A stretch of DNA of 64,000 nt from NCBI GenBank assembly GCA_963693365.1, contig CAVNZM010000011.1, positions 7,397,921-7,461,920 on the forward strand, in the 5' to 3' direction. Each line of letters starts with the position of its first letter. Position 1 is the stretch's first letter. Position numbers and translations under genes: made by a program. Below are positions 13,401 through 32,168 of the stretch, piece by piece. This DNA comes from Amoebidium appalachense. Lineage: Eukaryota; Protista; Ichthyosporea. The notes below the pieces were generated by a model, which saw only the letters and a list, made by a program, of their open reading frames with translations, searched no databases and was not told the DNA's origin.

Positions 13401-14676
13401 CGGTATGCGTGTGTGTGCGCGCGCGTGTGTGCCAGTGCACTGTGTGTATGTGTGTGTGTGTGTGTGTGTGCGGCATGCGTGTGTGTGCGTGCGCGTGTGT
13501 GCCAGACTGTCACTAGGCTAGCGCTTGTGTGCGTGCTTGTGCGTGTGCTTGTTTGTGTGTGTGTTTGTGTATTTGTGTGTGTGTGTACATGTGTGTGTGC
13601 ATGTGTGTGTGTGTGTGTGTGTGTGCGTGCGCGCGCATGCGTCACGGTGTTTGTGTGTGTGTGTGTGTGTGTGTGTGCCCATATAATGGTTGCCGGGCAG
13701 GCTTTGCATGCAGTATGTGCCCATCATGAATTTGCCACATTTCTATTGTAGCTCTATAGGTTTAAACCGTGCACAAGTATATTCATGCAATGCCATATGT
13801 CCATCGGCGCGTTTACTCTGGAGCCCCACACATCCAAGCTCATGATGTAAGCCCCATGCCTGCAAGTGCCCAAACACACTACTGCACCACCAGAGCAGTG
13901 ATGATGAGTGCACACCTGTCCCCACGGCCTCAGCACGGGGGTCCCGGGAGATCGGTGCTGGCCTGACCGCGGCCGGAAATGTAAAACACGAACGTTGCGT
14001 TCCGTACATTTGTGCCACACAGTGGGTGGCACATTCCGTCCTCAAATTTTCTGATTTGTGCTCTTGAGGTCGAACGCCAACGTGGCAGCAGCTGCAAAAG
14101 CCCATAAACAGACAGGAGATCAACAAGTTAATGGCCAGCACACAGTCTATGGCTCCTAGTTTGCGCTGGAACAGCGATAGTATATGTGCAAGAAGGAGGT
14201 GCCTCAGGTGCACCGGGCACACAGCCATGTGCTCGCATGCATTGAGCTCGGCCATGGCGAAAAAACATTGCTGCAGTTGTACGGGCCCTTTTCTAAAAAG
14301 AAGCGGCGGGTTAATGAGGATCTCAAATTGTTTAACGGAAAGGCGAAAATAATTGTTGGATAACGAATCGTGGTGCAAAATAGAAGTTAAGAGAAATAAG
14401 GTAATGACATCTGTCGAATCATTCTACGTTTAAAGCTTATCTGGTAGCAGAAAACCAAATATGGTTTTAATGTGCTGCCATTAACGAATGGCCCATCGAT
14501 TTGAGACATCTTGTTTTGGCGGCCGTGGGATGATTCGAACCCAGCAGCAGAAAACTTTGCAGGAGCCCGGCCATGCCCCTCACTTCCGGAACTCTCCAAA
14601 AAAAAAAAAAAAAAAAAAAAAAAAAAGCACACACTTTCTCAGCTAGCGGTACCCACTATGCCACGGTGCTGACAAA

Positions 14677-14751
<75 letters not shown>

Positions 14752-15663
14752 AGTCCCCTTCTCGACAGTTGGTCGCATGCTCGATGGTTGCACAAGCACA
14801 CACTCGCACACACACACCGGTCGGCGCACACGCACGCACACAAGCACGAACGCGCACGCACGCACGCACGCACGCAACACGCACGCACGCACGCACGAAC
14901 GCACGCACGCGCGCACGCACGCACGCACGCACGCACGCGCGCGCGCGCATGCACACGCGCACACATGCATGCACGAAAAAAAAACATAAACACACATAGG
15001 TGCACACACACACACGCGCGCGCGCGCACGCACACGCGCGCACACACGCACACAATACACATGCACGCACACACACCCACACACGTACACGCACAGACAC
15101 ACACACACCCCCATGAACACACAACACACACACACATACACACACAGGCCCTGGAGGCCACCGTCACGGCTGCCCGTCAAGTGCATGAGTTTGTCCCGTG
15201 GCTTCAAAAGGTACATGTGACAGTCTAGCTAGCTATCTGTTTCGGTTTTATCCAGCTTGTTCTCTTTTCTCGTGGGATGTACCGGTGGACAGTGAGCAGA
15301 GATGACAAAAATAACTGTGATGATTCCTATTACATATGCACACGGTTGCCAGTGCGTTTCTTTCTTTCTGCTTCGTATTTGGGTGGGGCAGTGAGGTTAC
15401 CGGTTGAGGATATTCGGGTTTTGGATTTTGGGGTTTGGGTTGCGGGGGTGGGGGCGGGGGGTGAGGGGGGGGAGGGGGGAGGGTCTAGAGTCACGAGTAT
15501 GTGCTGTGGCCATTAATATTATAGTATGTATGAACCAGAAATCGGCTGCAGTAGAAACAGCACTTTACATAACACTCCTTCCTTCCTCCTCTCTCTCTCT
15601 CTCTCTCTCCCCCTCCCCTCCCTCCCTCCTCTCCCCCTCTCTCTCGTCTCTCCCTCTCCCTCT

Positions 15664-15705
<42 letters not shown>

Positions 15706-15742
15706 TTTTTGTGTGTGTGTGGGGGGGGGGGGGGGGGGGGGC

Positions 15743-15801
<59 letters not shown>

Positions 15802-16826
15802 ACACACATGCACACACACATGCACACACATGCCGAACGACTACATGCGGCAAATGCACCTTTCTCGTACACAGGCTGATCGATAACTATTGCCAGCAAC
15901 GTGGCTGCATTCAATCCGTGTGCGGCGAGGATGTTGAGGTCAAGTGTGACGTTTTCCACGGTGCACAACGCACAACGTATAACCAAAACAATTCCAAAAC
16001 GCCGGCCATACCACGGGGCCGCCTGTCGCGAACTGAAATCCCCCCCCCCACACACACACAGACACACACCGTTTAGGGACGAGAAGGCAGCAGGGTGGGA
16101 AAGGGGTGGAGAGAGGGATGGGGTGGGGGGTTGGGGGTAAAGACTCTGAAAAATCTTTTCAGGGGGTTTCTTTCAGGCCGATGTATAGGCCATTTCGGGT
16201 TGGACCAAAGTGCTGTTTGCTTCGTATCTCGCAATCATACAGCATAAATTGATTTTGGATCTGACCTGACCCGACCCGGAGTCTTAAAAGAAGCCCCATT
16301 TTACGATGGTTTTTCCTTCCTGTTTTTTCTTTTTATTATAAAATTCCGTTTGGAAATGTGTGCATGCTAGGAACGCAAAATAATCTCAGGTGCCTCTTTT
16401 CCCTTTGAACCTCCTCCCTCCCCTCCCCCCCCCCCCCCCCCCCCCCTCCCCCCCCCTCCCCTCCCCTCCCACCCCATCCCTCAGTCTTCGATCAGCTTGC
16501 ACCCAGTGACCTACTCATGTTCAAGTGAAACAGTATCTGAGTTGGGTTTCGTTAACGAGGGGAATAGGTCGAAACTCGGGTACTGTGGATGACGTGGGCC
16601 CCCCCTGAGGATGGGCTCTGCTTATTATGCATACTCTTTATGTATGGCTTGCATTCTGCATCGTGTTATCCGTTTGTTCTTGTGTACTTCGTACTTTTTG
16701 ACGCATTCAAACCCCCCCCCCCCCCCCCCTCGTGGGGCTCACACGTACACTTACATTTGTGCACCAACCACACACCCCTCCCAACACGTCCTTCTTCTTC
16801 CTCTCCCCCTCTCCCCCCCACTCCTC

Positions 16827-16891
<65 letters not shown>

Positions 16892-16899
16892 ACACACAG

Positions 16900-21937
<5,038 letters not shown>

Positions 21938-22129
21938 GTATGGATGTGTGCATGCGTGTGTGTGTACGTGTGTGCATGTGTGTGCCTGTGTGCACGTGTT
22001 AGGAAGAACGTGTGGATGAGCACGTGTGCATTTGTTCCCAACACGTGTGCGTGTGTGCATGTGTGGCACGTTTGAGGAAGTACGTGTGCATGTGTGCACG
22101 TGTGTGTGTGTACACGTGTTAGGAAGCAC

Positions 22130-22164
<35 letters not shown>

Positions 22165-22314
22165 CCCCCCCCTCTCTCTCCCTCTCTCTCTCTTCCCCCC
22201 CCCCCCCCCCCCCCACTCTCTGACATGTACAAGCACTACCCCCTCCCCTCCCCCCCCCACACCTCTCACGCGCACAGTACACCACCCCCTCTCCCCGTCC
22301 CCCCTCCCCCCCCC

Positions 22315-22345
<31 letters not shown>

Positions 22346-22491
22346 ACACACACACACTGACGTGTACACGCACTACCCCCACCACCCACCACCCACCCAC
22401 CCTCCACCCCCATTCCCACCTCTACACACACTACACACATACCCCCACCTCCCCCCCCCCCCCCCCCCACCCCCGCCCACCCCCAACCCCC

Positions 22492-22522
<31 letters not shown>

Positions 22523-22889
22523 ACATGTACACACACACGCTACACACACACACACACACACCCACACGCACGCACGCACGCACGCGCACGCACGCACACA
22601 CGCACACACGCATACACACACACGCACGCAGACACACACACTCCCCCCCCCCCAAAAAACACACACACACACACACACACACTCCCCCCCCCTCCCCCCA
22701 ACACACACACAGGTGGCACAGCGGCCAGGCAAACATATGCGCAGTAATTCCTCTTCAGCCACAGTAATAAACCTGTTCCAAAAGGTGTAGTAGGCATCAC
22801 ACAGCAAACTACTATACAAAGCCCAAGACCCCGTGACGGCAACCGGTGTAGAAAACAACCTCTATAAACATAACAACACGTCAACTATT

Positions 22890-23287
22890 CCTCCTTCAAA
22901 AATGTTCTCCACCACAGGAAAAGCAGAAGACCAACCAAACATTGTTTTTCTTCCAAAGCAGCCAACGACCTCGACCCCCACGAGGCAAGAAAACAAAGGT
23001 GGCAGCGCCGGCACCGCATTTCCATCATTGTTGGGTTTATCGGCGTGTTTTTTGTCACTGCGGGAATTGGGTTAACATTTGTTCACCTCCTGCATGAAAA
23101 GGGGCCCGAGAGTGAAAAATACGACGCGAAACTCCGTGGGACTCTGATTGCCGTTATGGCTGTTTTGTTTTCGTTCGGGTGCCTCATGTGCTATGGGGAG
23201 TGTGCGACGAAATGGCTGCGTTCGATGAAGCCGGGGAGCGACACGGACTCGAGGGCGCAGCTGGTGGATTCTGAGCTGAAGGCATAG
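22890..23287 (+). CDS. Terminal coding segment with two predicted transmembrane helices, unknown gene
   Basis: Open frame ...RWQRRHRISIIVGFIGVFFVTAGIGLTFVHLL...TLIAVMAVLFSFGCLMC...ELKA*. The 5' end is unresolved. Confidence 0.4.
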
Positions 23288-24872
23288 AATGCATTTTTGG
23301 CGGGTTTGTCCCGGTTAAAAAAAAAAAAAAAAAAAAAAAAATCTCCACACCTATGCCGTCACTTTTTGGGTGGCTGTGAGTACTGTACGTACGTAAACCC
23401 TCAGAGGCCCAATACCAACTGCACGTACACATTGGGCCGGTATTACAAGCATATGAAATGAGCTCCCGGGAATATTCTCATTATTAGTAACCGATTGTTT
23501 GATTTTAGCAAAAACGTTTCACTGACAGGCTGCAGTTCTTGAGGCATGTGTAGTATAGCTACAGAAAAGCAATTTGCCGACTCGACAGGGAATGAACATT
23601 TCATGGCGATGGTGCGTGGGGTGCTATCGGCTTTTTTAATTTATTTTTAATTATTTTTATTTTTTTTGGTGGAGGGGGGAGGGGAGGGGGAGGGGAGGAG
23701 CAGGGGGGAGGGGGGGAGGGTATGTGGGGGCGGGGCGGCGGGGGAGGCTCGAGAAGATGTTTAGAAGTGTGTGAGTGTGTGGTTGGTTTTTTTTTTTGGT
23801 GGTGATGGTGGGGCTGAGGGGAGGGGGGTATAGTCTGATCTTAAGTAAAGCACACAAGGAAGCACAATATCGAAGGCATGCCTTCAGCGATTTGGTTCGA
23901 GTATTTATCATTTTAAGCACCTTCGATGTTGCTGACCTTTGAATTTATTAGGGGTTCTAAAGAATTGAAACGAGCATTGTCGGTCTTTAGGTCACACCGT
24001 ATGGCCACGACACAGCATAGATGAAATGTTGCCTCAACTCCCCCCCCCCCCCCCCCCCCCCCCTCTCCCCCCTCCACCCCCCCGTCCCTACACACACACA
24101 CACACACCTGCCCACTCAAACACCATCCATTCTAGCCCTAAAGCATCTGCAAACAAGAACACAGCTGTACATAACTATCATGCACACGCACGCCCACACA
24201 TCCACACACATGCAGAAACGTGCACGCACACGCGGGAGCACAAGCGCGTGCGCACACACACAAGCACACATAATACATAATAATATAGCCCAGGGGAACT
24301 CTGACGAACTACAATTAACTTTTGAATCACGGGAGCAGACTGATACTATGAATAAAGCGGCGCCGCAGCAGTAAATCTTCATGTGACTTCCAGCCAGCAT
24401 CCACATGGCCAATTCGATCAAGTCTTCACAAAAACTATGAAAGTTAGACTTCTTGACGGTGGTTGTGGGTGGGTGGGGGGGGGGGGGGGGGGGGGGGGGG
24501 GTCGATTGGCTTGCGAAAATGGGGGGGGGGGGGGGGGGGGGGGAGAGGAGGGGGTAGTACATGGGGGGGAAGGGGGGGGGGGGGGGGGGAGGGGGAGGGA
24601 TTTGTGTGAAAAAATGGGGGGCGTTTTTTTTTTTTTTGGGGGGGGGGGGGACCGATTACACCGCCAATCCATAATCATCTTTGTGTTTTTACATCACACC
24701 ACATTACGAATAAACGAATCTATGTATGAACGAGACTCTCTAACCGTATCCGCCATATAGGCTACTAGTAGTTGGTGTTTTTGCGGTCCTAACACCGGAA
24801 GGGACTCTTGTATGTTGCCGCAGGCGACAGCCTACTAGACAAAGTAGTAGTGATCGAGTGGAACACCTAGGT

Positions 24873-24908
<36 letters not shown>

Positions 24909-25098
24909 GGGGGGGGTAGGCCGGGGAGAGGCCGGGGGGGTTGATTGGCGTGCAAAGCCAGAGTGACTGTCACGGTATTTGGAGGAAGGGATAAGGGGTG
25001 GGTTGGGTGGCTGGTGGGGGTACGGTGGGGGTCGAGCGGCTTGAAGAAAAGGTCGTGTATTGCCAGCGCGCCACAGTGTACATGTGTGGATGGGTGGG

Positions 25099-25133
<35 letters not shown>

Positions 25134-25512
25134 GCAGGTTGATTCGCATGAAAAACAAGTGTTTGTATTTGCCGATAGGTGGGGGGGGGGGGGGGGGGGG
25201 GGAGGGGGGGAGGAGGGGGGAGGCCTTGTGTGTGGGGGGGAGGGGGAGGGGTGGGAAAGCAGGGTTGATTAGCATGGAAAGAAAAAGTTTTTGTATTTGC
25301 CGGTGGGTGGCCCGGGGGGGGGGGAGAGGGGGGAGACCTTGTGGTCGGGGGGGGGGAGGGGGGGGGGGGGGGAGGGGGAAGAGGGGCCTGATACTACATA
25401 GGGTGATAATCAATCATGGTCATGTACTTGGGACGGTAGCGGCGACGAGGCCTGCTAGTAGGGAGAATCGGGGGACCGTGGGGGGGGGGATGAGGGGCTT
25501 GGGTGTGTGTGT

Positions 25513-25552
<40 letters not shown>

Positions 25553-25590
25553 GATTGGTGTTAAGGGCAAGGGTATGTATTTGGCCGGGG

Positions 25591-25623
<33 letters not shown>

Positions 25624-26135
25624 TTGGCGTAAAATTGCGGTGGAAACAAGGTGAATATTCGTATATGCAGTATACCAGGTCGTGCAAGATTATTACTAAC
25701 AGGTCGACACGTGCACCTGCACACGTGTTTTTTTTTCTTCTTCTTTTTTTTCCCTCCCACCTTTTGTACTTTCCTTCTTGTTTCCATGGCAATCATCAAC
25801 CTCTCGTCCCAAACAACTCCGAGACTTACACAAACAAGATTTCAATGTGACACACATCCTGCAGCACAATGGGTTTTTAGGCCCATTTAATATCCCTTTT
25901 TAGTCAGTTAAAAATTTAAAATTTCCGTTCGATGTGTATCTCGCCAATCACAAAGCGTAAATCACGTCAGGTCTGATCAGGGCCCGGATTCCTGAAGGGT
26001 GAACCCCTTTAACAGCCACACAAAATAGCCATTATGCATATGGACGGTGCTGTTGTGCACGTGTGTGTGTGTGAGGTCTAGGGTGTGTGGGTGCGTAATA
26101 ATAATTAAGTGTTGGTGAGTGGCCATAGGTGAGGG

Positions 26136-26171
<36 letters not shown>

Positions 26172-26276
26172 GGGGGAGGGAGGGAGAGTTGGGTACAGGT
26201 GGGTATGGGGTTCGGAGTTTTTGGGATGGTTGGGTGGGCCTGGGTGGGTGGGTGGGTGAGTGGGTGGGTGGGGGAG

Positions 26277-26308
<32 letters not shown>

Positions 26309-27648
26309 AGGAGAGGCCACACACAAAAACACATGGGTACCAGAAAGTTTCCGGCCAATACGTTGTGCTGAAAAAGCCCAGGCCAGGCGTGTTTTTTTTG
26401 TTTTGTTTACATGGTATGTAGGTGTGGTTTGCCTTATTAGGCTATAAACATAGAACTTAGCCTCAAATTGATATGTATTATTATATTATGTTGGCACAGA
26501 CAGAATTTTTTTTTGGTATCTCAATAGTCGATCTCAAATGTCGATTATCACACCATATAGCTATACGGTACAAGAAACATTTTAGCATAATTCCGACAAC
26601 ATTAGTCTTGCCTATATATCTGCATTGGATTATGTTCTTACATTAATTATGTGCCGTGTTTTTTTACTAAGAACCGCCAGCTCGGGTTAGGGCAAGGCAT
26701 GGACCTGATCCCACCAGCTTCACTAGACCATAGCAATCCATGATTCTAAATATATATGTTTTGAAAACCCATTGTGACAAGCACCAGTGACTATCTTTAC
26801 ATACAATTAGTGTAGTGTATGTGAAGTGAAATTTCGAAAACTGTTACGCGCATACGTTCGGCTGGCAGCCCCAGGAACCTTCAAGCACAAAGAGAGGGAG
26901 GGGAGATGAGATGGGGGGGGGGGGGGGGGGGGGGGGGGGGGTAATTTCATTCTGCTGACCTATGCATATCTAGAACGACCTTTCTTCTTAAGGGGAAAAA
27001 AAAAAAAAAAAAGAAGAAAAAAAGAAACCGTTCAAGTGTACATTTGCACTGATACTTCCGTCCTACAAAACGTGCAAGAAAGAGCTAGTAAAAACAGAGG
27101 GGGAAAAGGCGTAAGAAAGTCTTACGAAACTGAAGGGAATGCCAAGATCCACCAGGAAGGAAAACAACCCTCCCTCCCCCCCCCCCCCCCCCCCCCCAAA
27201 CAAAAATAAAAAAAAATAAAAATAAAAATAAAAAATCTTAGGAGACAAACCCGACTAGAGCGGTACAGAGCGTACAATGTCAACAAGTTGAGACAAATCC
27301 TGGGGCTGTTACCAAAACATTGATATGGAAAGAACACGCGCAACAGGGGAGGCTGGGAGAGGGGTGGTGGTGGAGGAGGAGGTGGTTGGTGGTGGTGGTG
27401 GGTGGGGGAGAAGTGGATGTGGGGGTAGGGGGGGTGGAGATAGAGAAAGAACAGGCGAAGAGATAGAAAGGAGGAGAATATGGGGGGAGGAGAGGGGGGG
27501 GAGGGGGGAACGACAACGAGAGAAAAGTAATATTAGTGATATCATCCTGATGGAAGCATATTCGGCACACCACGCATCAAACCAAACACATCCAAAAAGA
27601 CATTAGTATACATCATACAGAATGCCGCTTGCCTGCCGTGTCAGGGAT

Positions 27649-27745
27649 TCAGTGAATGCTCTCCAAGGCACCCATGGGGCAAAATCTGGTAAAAAACCAT
27701 TCCAAAATTTGCCTATCGGTCTGTTGCGGTACCAAACTCTGCGAC
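27649..27745 (-). repeat. Degenerate tandem duplicate of the ZIP 3' coding end
   Basis: Second copy of GAGTTTGG...ATGGGTGC(C/T)TTGGAGAGCATTCACTGA directly after the stop codon. Confidence 0.8.
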
Positions 27746-28026
27746 TCAGTGAATGCTCTCCAAAGCACCCATGAGGCAAAATCCGATAAAAGCCATTGCG
27801 AATTTTGCCCTTCGGTCTGTGCCGGCCCCAAACTCATTGCCCAATATGTTGATACACGACACGTAGAGGAATGTGCCGGACCCAAGAGCCTCCAAAAGGG
27901 CAGTTGCTGACTCATGATCTCCCCCTGCATATCTGCAATGGATGTGTGAGAGGAGCAGAAATAGGAAGGGGGGGGAGGGGGGAGAGGGGAAAAGAGAAGA
28001 AGGAAAGGGGCATTATGTGTGTGTGT

Positions 28027-28061
<35 letters not shown>

Positions 28062-28781
28062 GGGAAAGGAGGGAGGGAAGGTTGGGGGTGTGGGGGTGGG
28101 GGGGTGGGTGGGTCGCTGGGGGGGGGGGGAGGGGGGTTAGAAAGTGTACAGAGTATGAAGTGCACAGTCATGGCAGACAGCACAATGCAGAGTACAAACC
28201 ACACCTAAAGAGTATGCACCCGGTGGGGGGGAGGGGGGAGGGGGGGGGGACAGAGTTAAGATGTGTTCCCAAATGTGAAGCAGGCTCAAAGACGAACACC
28301 AGATGGAAGGTGAAAGGAAATGTATGCGCGTGCTTGTGCACAAGATACGGGTACGCGCCATGTGTGTGTGCGCGTGTGTTTGTGTGTGTGCATGTCTGTG
28401 TGTGTGTGCGTGTGTTTGTGTGTGTGCATGTCTGTGTGTGTGTGCGTGTGTTTGTGTGTGTGCATGTCTGTGTGTGTGTGCGTGTGTTTGTGTGTGTGCA
28501 TGCATATGTGGTGTGTGGGTGGTTGTGTACCCTGCAGGGGAAGGAGGGAGGGAAAGAGGGTGTGTGTGTGTGTGTTGGTGGGGAGGGGAGGGGGGAAAGA
28601 GGGTGTGTGTGTGTGCGTGTGTTGGGGGGGGGGAGGGGAGGGTTCATACTTGTCCAGGATCAGACCAATCAGAATACCGCACGGGGTTGCAAAGGAAAAG
28701 GCCACCACCAGCTTTGCGATGCGGCCCTTTGCAACCCTGTTGCCCAGCATGCTGATGCTCAGTGCAAGAGCAGCAGTGCCC

Positions 28782-28818
<37 letters not shown>

Positions 28819-29043
28819 CGGGAAGGGGGGGGGGGGGGGGGGGGGGGGGGGGTGGAGGGGCGGAGAGGAAGGGACAAAAAAGACAGGTATAAGGGGGTTG
28901 AGTTCGGTGGTGGCGCATCATAGAGGGATGAGATAAAGGGATGGAAGGGCGGAGGGAAGGGGGGGAGGGGGAAAGAGGTGGTGGTGGTGGTGGTTTGGGG
29001 GGGGGGGGGACGGGGGTGAGAGAGGGGGGAGGTGGGGAGGGGG

Positions 29044-29086
<43 letters not shown>

Positions 29087-29236
29087 TGATTAAGAGGAGG
29101 TATGGGCGTGGGGCAAGAATAGAGGGAACGGGTCGGGTAGGTAAAAACAAGGTAATGCATTTCAATGTCGTGCTTTGTGCTATTTCGTATCATATCAGCA
29201 GTAATCTTTGCATGAAAATGCCAAGGTAAAACAACC

Positions 29237-29267
<31 letters not shown>

Positions 29268-29438
29268 AAAAAAAGGAGCCTCCCCCGCCTGGGGTCGAAC
29301 CAGGGACCTTTCGGTTAACAGCCGAACGCGCTGCCGATTGCGCCACGGAGGATTTGATGTTTTCGGAGCCATCAGCTGACATATTATGCTATTTCACAAC
29401 GTGACACCTAATCTCAACACCTAATCTCAACGAACACT

Positions 29439-29471
<33 letters not shown>

Positions 29472-29805
29472 ACCCCCCCCCCCCGCCACCCACACCCACC
29501 CCTCCTCCCTATACACAACTGAGCTCATAAATTGCTGTAGCCCGCTCTCCCTTTTTAACAATCGTTGCCATCTCAGGCCAAAAATCAAGGGACCATCACA
29601 AGGACCTCCAAAGACTTTAAAAAAATTAACCACAGAGAGCGAAGCACACATTTACGACGATAACCATAGTGGCAGACATGCCAAAAAACATATAGAAAAA
29701 AGCATGAAAGAAGCAAGAAGAGCCCATTATCAGAGCAAAACCATGCGAATATGAACCAATAGTACCCGAGTTTTGACTCAAAACCCGAAAGGGGATTTTT
29801 ATTTT

Positions 29806-29871
<66 letters not shown>

Positions 29872-30697
29872 GGGGGGGGGGGTTAATACCTTGTGTGCCA
29901 ATATGCCAACCAATATTAGAGCCACCTGTTTCTTGTCGTTGATCATTCCTACCGTCAGACCGGCAATGACCGAATGCAGAGACAAAACGGCCAGAAGCAG
30001 ATACGGCACAATATTGAACCCCTCTTCCCGATTACGTGCGATCGGAACTTCCTCCCCGCGTAGGTGGTTGGTCAGGGCCAACCCCGCCTCTACCCCCTGA
30101 CCGAACAACTTATCGTAGTAGCTGATTCGGTGTTGGTGCGGGTGTTCGGGTGTTGGGTTTGATGATGTGCTAGCTCCCGTAATCGGATCGCGATCGTGAT
30201 CGTGATTTTGTTTCGACGCGTGCGCCCCACACTCATCAATCGGAACATCTACTGGCAAACTCGCTTGCGAGAACGTGTCAAGCATGTCGCAATTCAATAT
30301 CCCATCATCAGGAATAATCCGTTGGCGCGATCGGATGTTCCCGTTCAGGTGATCGTGAGCATGCTCATTGGACGGTGTTATTAACGGTGTGGTTTCATTG
30401 GCATGTTCGTGTCCTCCCTCCCCGTGATTGGCTCACGCATGCTCGTGGTGTGGGCAGTCATCCGGGGCGCTGACAATTAGCGAATGGGCTTGGCCCAAAG
30501 CGACTTTCTCGACGAAAAGCGTCAGAAAAAACCCGATTCCGGCACAGTACATAGCGATCGGGAGTCCCCCCATGCTTTCTTCGAGAGATGCGGCCGATTT
30601 CATTGCATCGGGGAGCATGTGCACAAGTCCAACGGCAAAGAAAACCCCCCCGGCAAATGTGCTGAGACGTGCCATAACCTTGGGGCTGATTCGGAAC
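27746..30697 (-). pseudogene. ZIP (Zrt/Irt-like) metal transporter with in-frame TGA; first exon not found
   Basis: Exons 29890-30697, 28650-28780 and 27746-27932 have compatible phases. Motifs FAGGVFFAVGLVHMLPDA, His-rich loop, VLSLHSVIAGLTVG, ILAHKG..AL, ATPCGI and GTFLYVSC. TGA at 30433-30435. Confidence 0.85.
29280..29352 (-). tRNA. tRNA-Asn (GTT)
   Basis: Full cloverleaf: acceptor TCCTCCG/CGGGGGA, anticodon arm TTCGG-CTGTTAA-CCGAA, T arm CCTGG-TTCGACC-CCAGG, with an oligo-T terminator downstream. Confidence 0.95.
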
Positions 30698-31704
30698 CTG
30701 GGGAAAATACCGATTAGCACCGATTATTACCGATATAATATGCCGATTAGCGCCAATTCAGCTAGATATAGTGATTGGTTTGGTTAACAGGACAAGAAAT
30801 AGGTGTACATTAGAGATAGAGAGATGTTGTGGGGGTTAGGGGCGGGGAGGGGGCTTCAGACCAACCGGATTATACAAAACAGAGCAATATAATACACAAC
30901 GGGAAAAGCAACACACAAAGCAAACATAAAACACACTAGAGTATGAAACACAAGGAGAGCCTTTCTTCAGGAAAGGCCAAATTATTTGCAGGAGCAGGGA
31001 GACAACATCAGGAAGAAACTAGGGGCAAGGAGGAAGAGGTGTTTGTGTGTGTGTGTGTGGAGTATGAAACTGCGACATGCTTTGCAAACATCAAACCATA
31101 TTCAGGTGCACAACTATGAAGAAAGGATGACATTAAGATATAAATACTGTAGAGCCCGCCTAAGGGGAAGTGTGGAGCAAGACGGAATATGCCATGTAAA
31201 GATATAAAAGATGCTTTCGCTCTGTCTTCTGATTTTGGGGCGTGTACGTGTGCGTTCTTTTGTTGGTTGGTGGTGGTGGTGGGGGTAAGTGTGTCTGTGT
31301 GTGCCAGCATGTGGTGTGCACACGTGTGTGTGTGTGTGTGTATTTATTTATTTCATTCTTTTTTGGGGGGCCGGGGGGGGGGGGGGAGGGGGGGGGGAGG
31401 AATGAATACACAAGAAGCTAGAAAGAGAGAAAGGGGAAGGGAAAAATAAAAAAACCACCATAGGAAAAAAAGGGACGAAAGTGTCACAGGCAAGGACAGC
31501 ACACAAATATTATGACTCAAAAAGTTAAAAAAAGAGACAGCAAACGTTGCAGGGTCACAGGAGACGTGGCAAGAGCCCATCACCAGGAATGAGGTGAAGG
31601 GATGGGGGGTGATGCGATCCTGGGGGGGGGGGGGGGGGGGGGGGGGGGGGTATTGGGTGGGGGGAGGGGGGGAAGGCAACATAACTACCACAAAGGTACC
31701 TCCC

Positions 31705-31734
<30 letters not shown>

Positions 31735-31735
<1 letters not shown>

Positions 31736-31827
31736 TTCCCCTCTCCCCACCACGATTACAAACAATAATTCTCCACATTTTTGTGAGGTCACTTCGCGAA
31801 GCTAATGCAGCACCACTGCCATTACAA

Positions 31828-31864
<37 letters not shown>

Positions 31865-31960
31865 TTCCCCTCTCCCCACCACGATTACAAACAATAATTC
31901 TCCACATTTTTGTGAGGTCACTTTGCGAAGCTAATGCAGCACCACTGCCATTACAAGTGC
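31735..31960. repeat. Near-perfect tandem duplication (~128-bp period including a poly-C run)
   Basis: Two copies of CTTCCCCTCTCCCCACCACGATTACAAAC...GCCATTACAAGTG. Confidence 0.85.
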
Positions 31961-32137
31961 CCCCCCCCCCCCCCCCCTCCCCCCCTCCCCTCCCTCCCCC
32001 CCCCCCCCCCCCCCCGTCCCCCCTCCCCCTCCCCGTCTCCCTCCTCCCTTCTCTCACCATCCCTTATTATCTAGTTGCCGAGAATTATGGTTCCTTTGCT
32101 CAAAGCAATGATATAGAGCATAAAATGTCCCTCTCTA

Positions 32138-32168
<31 letters not shown>

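Noticed and set aside
14520-14595. tRNA- or SINE-like B box (GGTTCGAATC) on the minus strand
   Set aside because: No cloverleaf or convincing A box.
14643-16520. Small exon-like segments as the missing amidohydrolase 5' exons
   Set aside because: No HxH motif or family similarity, and they contain stops.
16565-16620. Hammerhead ribozyme (CGAAAC and CTGAGGA motifs) suggesting a Penelope-like repeat
   Set aside because: Stems I and II cannot be formed, and GAAAC is part of a separate inverted repeat.
30433-30435. Selenocysteine or alternative genetic code
   Set aside because: TGA is the terminal stop of this and other genes here, the position is in a variable loop, and no SECIS was seen.
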